Shown here: positions 1-9,902 of the stretch, piece after piece
Layout: each line of letters begins with the position of its first letter
Numbering within the stretch: the stretch's first letter is position 1
NCBI GenBank assembly: GCA_035635435.1
Contig: DASQBB010000013.1
Span: 1,286-65,285 of the forward strand
Direction of reading: 5' to 3'
Length of the DNA stretch: 64,000 nucleotides
From: Chthoniobacterales bacterium
Lineage (GTDB): Bacteria; Verrucomicrobiota; Verrucomicrobiia; Chthoniobacterales; UBA10450
The notes under the pieces: model-generated
The model's database searches: none
Told to the model about the DNA's origin: nothing
Seen by the model: only the letters and a program-made list of their open reading frames with translations
Translations under genes and position numbers: made by a program

Positions 1-916
1 CGGCGATGTCGAGGCCGCGCGCGGCGATGTCGGTCGCGACCATCACTTCGTATTTGCCTGACTTGAAACCTTCGAGCGCTTCGATCCGCTCGCGCTGGGT
101 GCGATTCGAATGGAGAACCGCCACGGAATGATTTCCCTGTTTCAACTTGTGCGCGATGCGATCGGCGCCGTGTTTGGTTCGGGAAAAAATGAGCGCGCTA
201 TCGAAATTGGTTCGTTCGAGCAGCGCCATGAGAAGATCGAACTTTTGTTCGGCCGCGACCGGATAAACCGCATGGGTCACGGTTTCGGCCGGCGAACGGC
301 GGATGCCGATTTCCACCAACTCAGGATCGCGCAAGACCCACGCCGCGAGCCGTTCGATTTCTGGTGGCAGCGTTGCCGAGAAAAGAAGTGTTTGGCGATC
401 GGTCGAAATTTTTTCGACGATACGGCGGACATCCGGCAGAAAACCCATGTCGAGCATGCGATCGACTTCATCGAGCACCAGAACGTTGACCTGGCGCAAA
501 TCCATCGTGCGTTGCTCGAGCAGATCGAGCAGCCGGCCGGGCGTGGCGACGAGAACATCGACCCCACGTTTCAGGTCTTCGCGCTGTTTTCCGTAGCCGA
601 CGCCGCCGTGCACAACGGTCGCGCGCAAATCGGTGAAACGGCCGTAATCGCGGAACGCGGTCTCGACTTGCGCGGCCAGCTCGCGGGTTGGCTCGAGCAC
701 GAGGCATCGGAACGCGCCGTGTTTGGCCAGCAAAGTTAAGATCGGCAGGGCAAACGCCGCGGTTTTGCCGGTGCCGGTCTGCGCCGTGCCAATTAAATCT
801 TTGCCAGAAAGAATAATCGGGAAGGCGCGAAGCTGGATCGGCGTGGGCTCGGTAAAGCCCATCGCCTGGGTGCCGTGCACGACTTCCGGCGAAAGTTCGA
901 AATTATTAAATGACAC
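1..916 (-). CDS. DEAD-box ATP-dependent RNA helicase (C-terminal part runs off the left edge)
   Basis: My own minus-strand translation gives AQTGTGKTAAF, VLDEVDRMLDMGF, LLFSATLP and VMVATDIAARGLDI. It is absent from the ORF track because there is no stop inside the window. The GTG start at 916-914 (VSFNNFELSPEVV) is inferred. Confidence 0.85.
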   Translation of the reverse strand, partial: MSFNNFELSPEVVHGTQAMGFTEPTPIQLRAFPIILSGKDLIGTAQTGTGKTAAFALPILTLLAKHGAFRCLVLEPTRELAAQVETAFRDYGRFTDLRATVVHGGVGYGKQREDLKRGVDVLVATPGRLLDLLEQRTMDLRQVNVLVLDEVDRMLDMGFLPDVRRIVEKISTDRQTLLFSATLPPEIERLAAWVLRDPELVEIGIRRSPAETVTHAVYPVAAEQKFDLLMALLERTNFDSALIFSRTKHGADRIAHKLKQGNHSVAVLHSNRTQRERIEALEGFKSGKYEVMVATDIAARGLDIA

Positions 917-964
917 GAGGTGAAACTAGAGCGCAGATTCCTGGAAGCAATCGGCGTACTCAAT

Positions 965-1405
965 ATGACAAGAGTATTTGTTGTTGCGGACACTCATAAC
1001 AAGTTGCCGCAGAAAATTGTCGATCTTGCGCGCGACGCGGACGAGATCTGGCATCTCGGCGATGTTTGCGCGGAAATCATTTTGGATGAACTGCGCGCCA
1101 TCGGTCCGCCGGTCACGATCGTGCGCGGGAATTGCGACAGCAATTCCGAGTGGCCGCTGGTTGTCGATCTTACGCGAGAGGGTTTGAGATTTCGGCTGGA
1201 ACATATTCCGCCGGATCTTCTGCCCGATGATGTCGATGTTATTTTGCATGGTCATACCCACGTCCCGGGAAATGAAAAGCGCGGTGGCGTTCTGTTTCTA
1301 AATCCGGGTTGCGTCACGCGACCGAACCAAGGTTCGCCCGCGAGTGTTGCCTGGCTCGAAATCGCCAATGGAAAAATAAAGTGGCGATTAGTCCCGCTGC
1401 GCTGA
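965..1405 (+). CDS. YfcE/MJ0936-type metallophosphoesterase
   Basis: MTRVFVVADTHNK, WHLGDV, GNCD and HGHTH motifs. I chose the internal ATG at 965 rather than the ORF-track start at 920. Confidence 0.8.
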   Translation: MTRVFVVADTHNKLPQKIVDLARDADEIWHLGDVCAEIILDELRAIGPPVTIVRGNCDSNSEWPLVVDLTREGLRFRLEHIPPDLLPDDVDVILHGHTHVPGNEKRGGVLFLNPGCVTRPNQGSPASVAWLEIANGKIKWRLVPLR

Positions 1406-1414
1406 AATGCGGAT

Positions 1415-1954
1415 CTATTTCTCCTCGCTTGATTTCCGGCTGAACCAACGCCGCTTTTTCTTTGGCTCCTCCGCTGCCGGCGCTTCCTTTTCTTTCGCCT
1501 TGGGCTCTTCGCGTTTCGTTTCTTTCTGTTTTGGCTCGGCCTTTGGCTCTTTCTTTTTCGCCTTCTTTTCTTCGGCCGGTTTTTCTTCGACCACGACCTC
1601 GGCATCAACCCATTCGATGAACGCCATCGAAGCGGAATCGCTCTTGCGCTGACCGAGTCGCACGATGCGGGTGTAGCCGCCATTGCGTTCGGTCGATCGC
1701 GGCGCGATTTCGTCGAACAATTTTTTGACGGCGTCTTTGTGTCGCAACGTCGAGAAGGCCGTGCGGCGCGCGTGAATCGAGCCGTTCTTGCCGAGCGTAA
1801 CCATTTTTTCGGCAATGGGGCGGACCGCTTTCGCTTTGGCCAGTGTGGTTTTGATCCGCTGATGCTCGATTAAATTGCAAACCTGATTGGCAAGCAGCGC
1901 ATTGCGATGCGCAGCTTTGCGGCCGAGCTTCACCGTCTTTTTTTGATGTCTCAT
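1415..1954 (-). CDS. rplQ: 50S ribosomal protein L17 with a Lys/Glu/Pro-rich C-terminal extension
   Basis: MRHQKKTVKLGRKAAHRNALLANQ...RIKTTLAKAK is a typical L17 N-terminus. It lies directly downstream of rpoA. The last ~60 aa form a KE-rich tail. Confidence 0.9.
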   Translation of the reverse strand: MRHQKKTVKLGRKAAHRNALLANQVCNLIEHQRIKTTLAKAKAVRPIAEKMVTLGKNGSIHARRTAFSTLRHKDAVKKLFDEIAPRSTERNGGYTRIVRLGQRKSDSASMAFIEWVDAEVVVEEKPAEEKKAKKKEPKAEPKQKETKREEPKAKEKEAPAAEEPKKKRRWFSRKSSEEK

Positions 1955-1972
1955 CGGTTTGCCCTAATCGGA

Positions 1973-3022
1973 TTATTTGCGTTCGGTTGCGGCGACAGCA
2001 GCGCCGTTTCCAGAAGCGCCATCGGGTCCGGCAACAGGCTCGACCAAGCCGGCCTCGAATTTCATCCCGAGACTCAGGCCGAGCTGTTGCAGTTTGTCTT
2101 TGATCTCGTTGAGCGACTTCTTGCCGAAGTTGCGATACTTGAGCATTTCGCTTTCGGTCTTCTGCGCGAGCTGGCCAACGGTGGTGATGTTGGCGTTGTT
2201 CAAGCAGTTGGCCGCGCGCACGCTGAGCTCGATTTCGTTGACACTCATGTTGAGCAGCTTCTTGAGCTTCAGGTTCTCCTCGCTCACGCCCGCCGGCGTT
2301 TCGTCGAACTCGATCACTTCTTCGTTGAAGTTGACGAACACGTCGAGGTGATGGCGCAGAATCGCGGAGGCTTGGAGCAGCGCGTCGTCCGGAGTCAATC
2401 GACCGTCGGTCCAGACTTCGAGAATGAGCTTGTCGTAATCGGTGCGTTGGCCGACACGCGTATTCTCGACCGCATACTTCACGCGCGTGACCGGTGAGAA
2501 AATGGAATCGATCGGGATCAGGCCGATCGCTTGGTCGGCGCGTTTGTTTTCTTCGCCGGTGGCGAAACCGCGACCGACGCGGACTTCGAGCTCGGCGTCA
2601 AATTTGTGTTTCTTGTCCAAGGTGCAGATGACCAGCTTCGGGTTGAGCACCTCGTAGCCGGCCACTTCCTGGATGTCCCCGGCAGTGACTTCGCCTTCCT
2701 TGTTCACCATCAACGAAAGTTTTTTCGGCTCGTGATCTTCGGCTTTGAATTTCACCTTCTTGAGGTTGAGCACGATGTCGGTCACGTCTTCAACCACGCC
2801 AGGGAGCGTGGCGAACTCATGTTGCGCGCCGGTGATTTTTACCGCGGTAATGGCAGCGCCTTCGAGCGACGAAAGCAAAACGCGCCGGAGCGAATTTCCG
2901 ACGGTGTGCCCGTAGCCGGCTTCAAACGGCTCGGCGGTGAACCTGGCGTAAGTGTCTGTGGCTGTGCTCTCATCTTTGGTGAGAGTCTTCGGCATTTCAA
3001 AACGACCGTAACGAACTGGCAT
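1973..3022 (-). CDS. rpoA: DNA-directed RNA polymerase subunit alpha
   Basis: EPFEAGYGHTVGNSLRRVLLSSLEGAAITAVKI at the N-terminus. The C-terminal domain reads VNEIELSVRAANCLNNANITTVGQL. Confidence 0.95.
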   Translation of the reverse strand: MPVRYGRFEMPKTLTKDESTATDTYARFTAEPFEAGYGHTVGNSLRRVLLSSLEGAAITAVKITGAQHEFATLPGVVEDVTDIVLNLKKVKFKAEDHEPKKLSLMVNKEGEVTAGDIQEVAGYEVLNPKLVICTLDKKHKFDAELEVRVGRGFATGEENKRADQAIGLIPIDSIFSPVTRVKYAVENTRVGQRTDYDKLILEVWTDGRLTPDDALLQASAILRHHLDVFVNFNEEVIEFDETPAGVSEENLKLKKLLNMSVNEIELSVRAANCLNNANITTVGQLAQKTESEMLKYRNFGKKSLNEIKDKLQQLGLSLGMKFEAGLVEPVAGPDGASGNGAAVAATERK

Positions 3023-3031
3023 ATGTTTTAG

Positions 3032-3113
3032 GGATGAAGGATGAGGGATGAATTATGAAAAGAGAAAATGCGTCTGCGGCTTTTTCATCCTTCTTCGTTC
3101 AACCTTCATCCTT
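3032..3113. repeat. Imperfect long inverted repeat built from GGATGAAGG-type words
   Basis: Left arm ggatgaaggatgagggatgaattat (3032-3056). Right arm ttttcatccttcttcgttcaaccttcatcc (3082-3113). It lies in the 236-nt spacer upstream of rpoA. Confidence 0.5.
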
Positions 3114-3258
3114 TCGGATTGCCGGGTTTCCCCTGGCGAGTGTGGTCTCACGTCTAGCGACGGAGACCCAGGGACCAACGGCGTAATTTTAAAAACTCGC
3201 TGCGGAGCGTGGAATAAAGAGCATCAAGGCACTTTTGCAAGTGGTGATTTAGCCGAAC

Positions 3259-3696
3259 CTAGCCTTCGACGATTTCGTCCGGCAACCCGGAAGATGTCGA
3301 TCTTTTCGGAAAATACGAAGCCAGCGCTTTCCCAGCTTCCTCGATCGTGTCGACCAAAGCGTGGCTGAACTTCTCATTTCGAAAATGCTCGCGCATTCCT
3401 TCCACCAGGCGTTGCCAAAATTGCTCGCCGCACTTTTCGTGGATCGCCTTGTCGCCCACGACGGCGAACTTGTGCGCGCGCGGCGCGACGAAAATGAGGA
3501 CCGCATTGCGCTCGGGCGCTTTATGCATTCCGAGCCGGTGAAATTTTTTCTGTGCAGCGATCAACGGATCGACATCCAGCTTGCCGCGCTGAATAAAAAC
3601 CCGAATCTGGCCCGAAGTTTTCGATTCGGCCTCGCGAATTGCGCCGACGATCCGATCGTGTTCGAGTTTGCCGAGAAATTCTTTCGTTCTCATCAC
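3259..3696 (-). CDS. TPM-domain protein (TLP18.3/Psb32/MOLO-1 phosphatase family)
   Basis: AIREAESKTSGQIRVFI...ERNAVLIFVAPRAHKFAVVGDKAIH pattern. It is translationally abutted to the upstream TPM gene. Confidence 0.75.
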   Translation of the reverse strand: MMRTKEFLGKLEHDRIVGAIREAESKTSGQIRVFIQRGKLDVDPLIAAQKKFHRLGMHKAPERNAVLIFVAPRAHKFAVVGDKAIHEKCGEQFWQRLVEGMREHFRNEKFSHALVDTIEEAGKALASYFPKRSTSSGLPDEIVEG

Positions 3697-4463
3697 TACC
3701 AGCTGGAGCCTGCGCCACCGCCGCCGAAACTTCCGCCGCCGCCGCTAAATCCGCTGAATCCAGCGCCACCGCCGCCGGATGACCAGCCACCGCCACCGCC
3801 CGAACCAAGCGCCCAGGCCCATCCCGCGCCGGAGCTGCTGTAATGATATCCGCGTTTTCGACCCAATCGCGACAGAATCAGCGCGACGATGATAAAGAGG
3901 ACAAAGAAAACGAGATTGCCGCCGAAATTGCCCGTCTCGCTATGCCGCTCTCTCGCTGTTTTTCCAGTTCCTTTGTACTCGCCGCGGACCGCTTTGAAGA
4001 TTGAATCGATGCCTTCGGACAGTCCGCCTTCGTAATCGTTGCTCCGAAAATGCGGTTTGATGCGGTATTCGGTGATGTCGAACGCGGTGGCATCGGGAAG
4101 TGCACCTTCCAAACCGTAGCCGACCTGAATGAACATCTTGCGGTCTTGGGTGAAGACGAACAGCACCACGCCGTTGCGTTTTTCCTTTTGTCCAACGCCC
4201 CATGCCTGTGCGACGCGTTGCGTGTAATCGGCAATCTCCGAGTCGCTTTCCATTTTTGGAAAGACCGCGACCACGACTTGATTGGAAGTCTCACGTTCGA
4301 ATTGAGCGAGCTGTTCGTTGAAGCGATTAGCGGCTTCTTTTGAAACGACGCTGGCGTAATCGTTGAAGTAGGCGGCCGGTTTCGGTGGAATGACTTCCGC
4401 CGCGCGCGACTCAATCGCGACGAACGCGATAAACGTTGCAAGACTAAATGCGATTCGTTTCAC
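3696..4463 (-). CDS. YgcG-like TPM-domain membrane protein with a Gly-rich tail
   Basis: Signal peptide, then YFNDYASVVS...VVVAVFPKM...NGVVLFVFTQDRKMFIQVGYGLEG, a TM helix, and a GGGGAGFSGFSGGGGSFGGGGAGSSW tail. Confidence 0.8.
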   Translation of the reverse strand: MKRIAFSLATFIAFVAIESRAAEVIPPKPAAYFNDYASVVSKEAANRFNEQLAQFERETSNQVVVAVFPKMESDSEIADYTQRVAQAWGVGQKEKRNGVVLFVFTQDRKMFIQVGYGLEGALPDATAFDITEYRIKPHFRSNDYEGGLSEGIDSIFKAVRGEYKGTGKTARERHSETGNFGGNLVFFVLFIIVALILSRLGRKRGYHYSSSGAGWAWALGSGGGGGWSSGGGGAGFSGFSGGGGSFGGGGAGSSW

Positions 4464-4471
4464 ACGAAAAA

Positions 4472-4527
4472 CTGTAGAGGCAGCCGTCTCGGCTGCAATG
4501 GCGCGGGCGACACGCCCGCCACTACAG
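4472..4527. repeat. Structured intergenic element, copy 1 (outer stem plus two GC hairpins)
   Basis: ctgtagagg / gcagcc-gtctc-ggctgc / aatg / gcgggcg-aca-cgcccgc / ccactacag. A second copy at 47095-47159 carries compensatory changes. Confidence 0.5.
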
Positions 4528-4545
4528 CAAGATCGACAATCACTC

Positions 4546-5199
4546 TTACGGCGTGCCCGCAGGCGAGGCTACGGGTGCCGGCGAGGCGAAATTGAACTGC
4601 ACCGGCGGCGGTTTTTCCGCGCCCGGTTGGGCGTTAAAGAACGGCCGCGGCGAAAAGCCAAACATGCCGGCAAATAACTTCGTCGGGAACGTCATCACGG
4701 CAGTGTTATAGCTCTGCACCGTTTCGTTGAATTTATTGCGCTCGACCGAGATTCGATTCTCCGTCCCTTCGAGTTGCGCCTGCAGGCTGAGGAAATTCTG
4801 GTTCGCGCGCAATTCCGGGTAACGTTCGCTCACGACTAGCAAGCGTGAGAGCGCGTTGCTCAACTGGCCTTGCGCGGCTTGGAATTGCTCGAGTTGCGCC
4901 GCATCGGTAGGCGCCTTATTCGGATCCAATTGCACGCGCCCGACGCTGGCGCGCGCGTTGGTTATCTCGGTCAGCGTGGATTTCTCGAAATTGGCTGCGC
5001 CTTGCACGGTGTTGACCAAGTTTGGAATCAAATCCGCGCGCCGCTGATAAACATTTTGCACCTGCGCCCATTGCGCGTCGACCCCCTGCTGCAATTTGAC
5101 CAAACGATTATAGGTGCCCATCAGAGCGAGTCCCGCAACGATCGCGATAAAAAGAATGATGACGAGGAGACCGCCGCAACCGATCGCAAACTTGTTCAT
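4546..5199 (-). CDS. LemA family protein
   Basis: N-terminal TM helix, then YNRLVKLQQGVDAQWAQVQNVYQRRADLIPNLV. It shows the classic LemA-TPM-TPM gene order. Confidence 0.9.
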   Translation of the reverse strand: MNKFAIGCGGLLVIILFIAIVAGLALMGTYNRLVKLQQGVDAQWAQVQNVYQRRADLIPNLVNTVQGAANFEKSTLTEITNARASVGRVQLDPNKAPTDAAQLEQFQAAQGQLSNALSRLLVVSERYPELRANQNFLSLQAQLEGTENRISVERNKFNETVQSYNTAVMTFPTKLFAGMFGFSPRPFFNAQPGAEKPPPVQFNFASPAPVASPAGTP

Positions 5200-5258
5200 A
5201 AGGTCGACAATGTAAGTGTCAGCAACCGTTCAGGAAAGAGCTGGCTAAGTCAAACCCG

Positions 5259-6284
5259 CTATCGGCCGAGGACGAGGCGCAAAAAATATGCGTCGGAGAA
5301 CTTCGCGCTCCATCCCTGCCGGACGATGAGCGCGTTCAGCGACGGAATGATAAACAAGCGTTCATAATTCGAACCGAGCGCGACGACCGTGTCGGGCGGC
5401 GCTGCTCGGCAAACGCAGATGCCGGTCCAATGTGCGCGTTGCCATTTCAGGTCCAACTCTTTTTCGAGATCGATCTCGCGAGCGTTCGGTGCTTGCCGGT
5501 TCAACCAAAACGTCAGGCCGTAAGAAGGATTTGCGCTCGAACCGATGAACGCCTGGCCGAGCAAGTTCGCGGGAATAATTTGTTTCCCGTGATAACTTCC
5601 GTGGCCAAGCATCAACTCGCCGAACCGCCCCCATTCCCGCGCGCTCAGTTCGAAGCCGCTGGCCGGAAGCGGATTGCCGCGAAAATCTTTTTTGAATTCG
5701 AGACTCGTTAGACCGAGCGGTGAAAGAACATTCTCATCCAAATACGAGATGGTCGAGCGCCCGTTCAGTTTTCGCCGCAAGACTTCGGCGAAAATTTGGA
5801 GATGACTCGGGCCGTAAGTGAAGGCGGAACCTGGAGCAGCAGCGAGCGGCAATTGAATTGCGGCGGCATTTCGGTCGCGAATCGACTCGCTATGAAGATG
5901 CGGCGCCGGCTCGATTCCATCGGTTTGATTCAACAACTGGCGAATCGCAATCTGCGATTTGCGCGGATCGTTTTTCCATTCGGTAATGGTGTCGGCGACG
6001 CGGTCGTCGAGCTTGATCAAACCATCGCGCACGGCGCAAAGCGCCGCAATGCCCCAAAAGCTTTTGGTGCCGCTGAAAATCTTGCAGCGCAAATCGGCCC
6101 CGCCGCCATTGGCGTAATGCTCGAAAACGGTGCGCCCGTTCTGCATCACGAGCATGGAAAAGCCGCGCTTGTTTTCGGAATAGCTGGCGGCGCGCGCGCA
6201 ATTGCCGGGCTGAATGTCGGCGATGGACGATGGCGCTGATACGATTATCGCCAGAAACGACAGCGCGACAAAGCGCGCCGTCAT
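5259..6284 (-). CDS. Secreted serine hydrolase (beta-lactamase/PBP-like fold)
   Basis: Signal peptide. S-x-x-K motif in FSGTKSF. The length and overall pattern fit class C-like beta-lactamase family proteins. Confidence 0.7.
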   Translation of the reverse strand: MTARFVALSFLAIIVSAPSSIADIQPGNCARAASYSENKRGFSMLVMQNGRTVFEHYANGGGADLRCKIFSGTKSFWGIAALCAVRDGLIKLDDRVADTITEWKNDPRKSQIAIRQLLNQTDGIEPAPHLHSESIRDRNAAAIQLPLAAAPGSAFTYGPSHLQIFAEVLRRKLNGRSTISYLDENVLSPLGLTSLEFKKDFRGNPLPASGFELSAREWGRFGELMLGHGSYHGKQIIPANLLGQAFIGSSANPSYGLTFWLNRQAPNAREIDLEKELDLKWQRAHWTGICVCRAAPPDTVVALGSNYERLFIIPSLNALIVRQGWSAKFSDAYFLRLVLGR

Positions 6285-6922
6285 TCCGGTGCTGATGCTG
6301 GTGTCGCCGAGGTTGCGCTTTGGTCGTCGGGCGCGGGCACGGATGGGCGCGGGCTCACCGGCAGATGGCGGGTGCGGAGTTCCTCAACGTTTGGCAGTTC
6401 GTCGAGATTGCGCAGACCGAAATGGTCGAGAAAAAATTCGGTCGTTTCGTAAAGCAACGGACGACCGGGAATCTCGGCGCGTCCCGAAATTTTGACGAGC
6501 CCGCGCTCCATCAACGTTTGCAAAACTCCATCGATGGTGACGCCGCGGACTGCTTCGACATCGGCGCGCGTGATTGGCTGGCGATAAGCGATGATGGCGA
6601 GCGTCTCGAGCGCGGGCGAACTCAAGCGCGCCGGTTTCGGCGCGGGGAAAAGACCGCGCACCCATTGGGCGTATTTTGGATCGCTGGCCAGCTGCCAACC
6701 GTCGGCTTTTTCCGCGAGCTGAAATCCGTGTTCGTGTTCAATGTAATCGACCTTCAACTGCTCAATTGCGGCGGCGACTTCGGGCGGTCGGATTTTCGCG
6801 AATTCGTTGGGTGAAAATTCATCCTCGGCGCCGGCGTTATGGAGAACATCGACAATCTCTTTGATCGAGAGCGGCTTTTGGGCGCTGAAGAGCAAAGCCT
6901 CAATTACCCTGGCGAGCGTCAT
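6281..6922 (-). CDS. scpB: Segregation and condensation protein B
   Basis: IEALLFSAQKPLSIKEI...LETLAIIAYRQPITRADVEAVRGV...LMERGLVKISGR. Confidence 0.85.
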   Translation of the reverse strand: MTLARVIEALLFSAQKPLSIKEIVDVLHNAGAEDEFSPNEFAKIRPPEVAAAIEQLKVDYIEHEHGFQLAEKADGWQLASDPKYAQWVRGLFPAPKPARLSSPALETLAIIAYRQPITRADVEAVRGVTIDGVLQTLMERGLVKISGRAEIPGRPLLYETTEFFLDHFGLRNLDELPNVEELRTRHLPVSPRPSVPAPDDQSATSATPASAPE

Positions 6923-6927
6923 ATGAT

Positions 6928-8334
6928 CTAATTTGCGCCGATCGCGCTTTGAATTGCGTCCGCGATGCGGTTGGCGTGTTTGTCGATCTTATCGAGCTCA
7001 CGGCCCTCGATCAAAAGGCGGATCTTTGATTCCGTGCCGGAGTAGCGGAGCAGAACACGGCCTTTGCCGGCCAGCTCGCGCTCAACTTCATCGCGCAATT
7101 TCACCACTTCACGCAGTTCCTCGATCGGTGGTTTTGATTTCACTACCAGATTGCGCTGCGCCTGCGGATATTTTTTGAGACACTTCTTCAATTTACTCAA
7201 CGGCTGACCGGTCTCGTGCATGATGCGTAAAATCTGGAGCGCGCTGATGATTCCATCCCCGGTGGTCGTGAAATCGCGAAAGATGATGTGGCCGCTTTGC
7301 TCCCCGCCGAGATTGAGATTTTGCTTCATCATTTCCTCAATCACGTAACGATCGCCCACTTTTGTGCGGATCATTTTGCCGCCGTTGGCCGCGAGCGTTT
7401 CGTCCAGGCCAAAGTTGCTCATCACCGTCGCGACAAGTGTATTTTCGCGAAGCTGATTCGTTTTCAAGAGATCGAGCGCGACGATCGCGAGAATTTCATC
7501 GCCGTCGACGATCTCGCCGTTCTCGTCGCAAAGAAGAACGCGGTCGGCATCGCCATCGTGAGTGATTCCGACGTCGGCGTTGGCGAGATTCACGGCCCGT
7601 TGGATTTCTTCGGGATGCATGCTGCCGCAGCCGTCGTTGATGTTCACCCCGTTGGGCTCGTTGTGAATGATCGCCACTTCGGCGCCGAGTTCGCGCAAAA
7701 TACAGGGCGTGGATTTGTAAGCCGCGCCGTTGGCGACGTCGACCGCGACACACATTCCTTCGAGCGACATGTCACGGGGGAAACTGCGTTTCGCGAATTC
7801 AACATAGCGCCCAAGCGCGTCATCGATGCGCGCGGCGCGCCCGATTTTTCCCGCAGTTGGGCGGATGTTGTCGATCTTGCCAGTGAAAACGAGGTCCTCG
7901 ATTTGCGCTTCGATCTGGTCGTCGAGTTTGTAGCCGTCGTGCCGGAAAAATTTGATACCGTTGTCCTCGTAAGGATTGTGCGAAGCGGAAAGAACAATGC
8001 CGGCATCGGCCCGCAATGAACGCGTGATGTAAGCCACACCCGGCGTTGGCAAGGGACCAATGATGAGAACATCGACACCGAGCGAAGTGATTCCGGCGAC
8101 GAGCGCGTTCTCGAGCATGTAACCGGAAAGGCGAGTGTCTTTGCCAAGCACGATTTTCGGGCGCGCGCCTTCCGGGAGCGTGCGCGGATTCAGTTGGGTG
8201 AAAACATGCGCGGCAGCGCGGCCAAGTTTGAGCGCGGTCTCGGCCGTGACCGGCTCGACATTGGCGACACCGCGGACGCCGTCAGTGCCGAAAATCTTTG
8301 TCGCCTGTTTCACAGCCTTACTGAAACGCTCCAA
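6928..8334 (-). CDS. glmM: Phosphoglucosamine mutase
   Basis: FGTDGVRG, the active-site loop SASHNPYEDNGIKF, DGDADR and GGEQSGH. Confidence 0.95.
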   Translation of the reverse strand: MERFSKAVKQATKIFGTDGVRGVANVEPVTAETALKLGRAAAHVFTQLNPRTLPEGARPKIVLGKDTRLSGYMLENALVAGITSLGVDVLIIGPLPTPGVAYITRSLRADAGIVLSASHNPYEDNGIKFFRHDGYKLDDQIEAQIEDLVFTGKIDNIRPTAGKIGRAARIDDALGRYVEFAKRSFPRDMSLEGMCVAVDVANGAAYKSTPCILRELGAEVAIIHNEPNGVNINDGCGSMHPEEIQRAVNLANADVGITHDGDADRVLLCDENGEIVDGDEILAIVALDLLKTNQLRENTLVATVMSNFGLDETLAANGGKMIRTKVGDRYVIEEMMKQNLNLGGEQSGHIIFRDFTTTGDGIISALQILRIMHETGQPLSKLKKCLKKYPQAQRNLVVKSKPPIEELREVVKLRDEVERELAGKGRVLLRYSGTESKIRLLIEGRELDKIDKHANRIADAIQSAIGAN

Positions 8335-8373
8335 TACCGGTTCGTAAACGGGAAAGTGAAGTGATCATCGCGT

Positions 8374-9792
8374 TTAGGTAGATTCGGTTTTGGCCGCGAT
8401 TTCTTTCTTTGCTGTTTTCATTTCGTTGATTTTGCGGTGCAACGTGCGCCGGCTGATCCCGAGTTTTTTTGCGGCCGCAGTGACGTTGCCATTCGTGGTC
8501 GCCAGTGCCTGCAATATAAGCTTGCGCTCCGTTTCGTGGAGATCGAGCGGGCTGGTTTTCTCACCGAAAGCTTTGGTCGGGGAAATTCCGCGCGGGAGAG
8601 TTGCGCCTGCCGCCTGTCGCAAAGCAGAAGGTAAATCGCGCGGCGCAATTTTTGATCCCGTTGCCATGACGACGCCATGTTCGATGGCGGTACGCAGTTC
8701 GCGGACGTTACCAGGCCAGTTGTAGGTTAGCAGGGCGTTCATCGCTTCGGGCGTCAGATCGGCAACTTCCTTGTTGTTCGCTTTGGAAAATTGCCGCAAA
8801 AACGCGCGCACCAACAGCGGGATGTCGTCTTTGCGCTCGCGCAACGGCGGCATGACGATCCGCACCACGTTGAGACGAAAATACAAATCATCCCGAAATT
8901 TTCCCTCTTTCACTAATTGCTCGAGATTTTTGTTGGTTGCGGCGATGAGGCGGACGTCCGCACGCAAAGTTTGATTGCCGCCCACGCGCTCAAAGGCGCG
9001 CTCTTCGCTGATCACGCGCAGCAATTTTACTTGTGTCGCTGGCGGAATTTCGGCGACTTCGTCCAAGAAAATTGATCCGCCGTTCGCTTGCTCGAAGCGC
9101 CCGATCCGGCGTTCATGCGCGCCGGTGAACGCGCCTTTTTCGTGGCCGAACAATTCGCTTTCAAGCAATGTGGGCGAAAGCGCGGCGCAATGGACAGTGA
9201 CGAATTTCGCTTTGTTGCGCCGGCTCAAATTGTGGATCGCGTGTGCGGCCAGTTCCTTGCCCGTGCCGCTTTCGCCTTCGACCAAGACATTCGCCGAGGA
9301 CGGCGCGACCTGGCGGATGGTGTCGATCACTTCATGCAACGCCGGCGATTCGCCGATCATGTTCTCGAGGCCGTAACGTTCGTCGACTTGTCGCCGCAGC
9401 GTTTGATTCTCCTGCTCGAGCTTACTCTCCCGCAGAGCGCGCGAGATCAGCATTTCCACTTTGTCGAGATTTAGCGGTTTGGTCACGAAATCGTAAGCCC
9501 CGCTCTTCATCGCTTCGACCGCGGTGTCGACCGAGCCGTAGGCCGTCATCATGATGCAAGTCGGCGGCCGCGGCATTTTTAGTGCGCGCTCGATTAATTG
9601 CATTCCGTCTTCGGCGCCGAGGCGGAGATCGGTCAAGAGAAGATCGACATCTTCGCGCTCGAGGACATTCATTGCGCTGGCAATATCGCCCGCCACATAG
9701 ACATCGTAATCGTTTTCGAGCAGGCGGCGCAGTCCGTCCCGCGTATGTTTTTCGTCATCAACGATAAGGATGATGGGTTGGATAGAATCCAT
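8374..9792 (-). CDS. Sigma54-dependent Fis-family response regulator (REC-AAA+-HTH)
   Basis: ILIVDDE receiver domain, GESGTGKE Walker A, the GAFTGA sigma54-contact motif and a C-terminal Fis HTH ([16 protein letters not shown]). I chose the start at Met16 (9792). Confidence 0.9.
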   Translation of the reverse strand: MDSIQPIILIVDDEKHTRDGLRRLLENDYDVYVAGDIASAMNVLEREDVDLLLTDLRLGAEDGMQLIERALKMPRPPTCIMMTAYGSVDTAVEAMKSGAYDFVTKPLNLDKVEMLISRALRESKLEQENQTLRRQVDERYGLENMIGESPALHEVIDTIRQVAPSSANVLVEGESGTGKELAAHAIHNLSRRNKAKFVTVHCAALSPTLLESELFGHEKGAFTGAHERRIGRFEQANGGSIFLDEVAEIPPATQVKLLRVISEERAFERVGGNQTLRADVRLIAATNKNLEQLVKEGKFRDDLYFRLNVVRIVMPPLRERKDDIPLLVRAFLRQFSKANNKEVADLTPEAMNALLTYNWPGNVRELRTAIEHGVVMATGSKIAPRDLPSALRQAAGATLPRGISPTKAFGEKTSPLDLHETERKLILQALATTNGNVTAAAKKLGISRRTLHRKINEMKTAKKEIAAKTEST

Positions 9793-9902
9793 GAATAGCT
9801 TTCGGAAATGGCAAGTGCGCCATTTATTCTCACTCAATCACGCCATCTCTCAATCAGGAAGATAATGCTAGCAAGTTTCGGAACTGGCGGTAAAAGCGCA
9901 CG

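Noticed and set aside
110-739. A 209-aa + strand ORF and its overlapping neighbours at the left edge.
   Set aside because: The opposite strand encodes an uninterrupted DEAD-box helicase with all canonical motifs. These are antisense shadow ORFs typical of GC-rich DNA.
3225-3245. A sigma54-like GGCAC...TTGCA string (aaggcacttttgcaag), considered because a sigma54-dependent regulator is nearby.
   Set aside because: The GG-to-GC spacing is about 3 nt too short for a -24/-12 promoter. It also points to the + strand, where no gene follows.
3048-3368. A 106-aa + strand ORF in the rpoA upstream spacer.
   Set aside because: It starts inside the GGATGAAGG inverted repeat and runs antisense into the TPM gene. 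It has no motif and no plausible translation signals.
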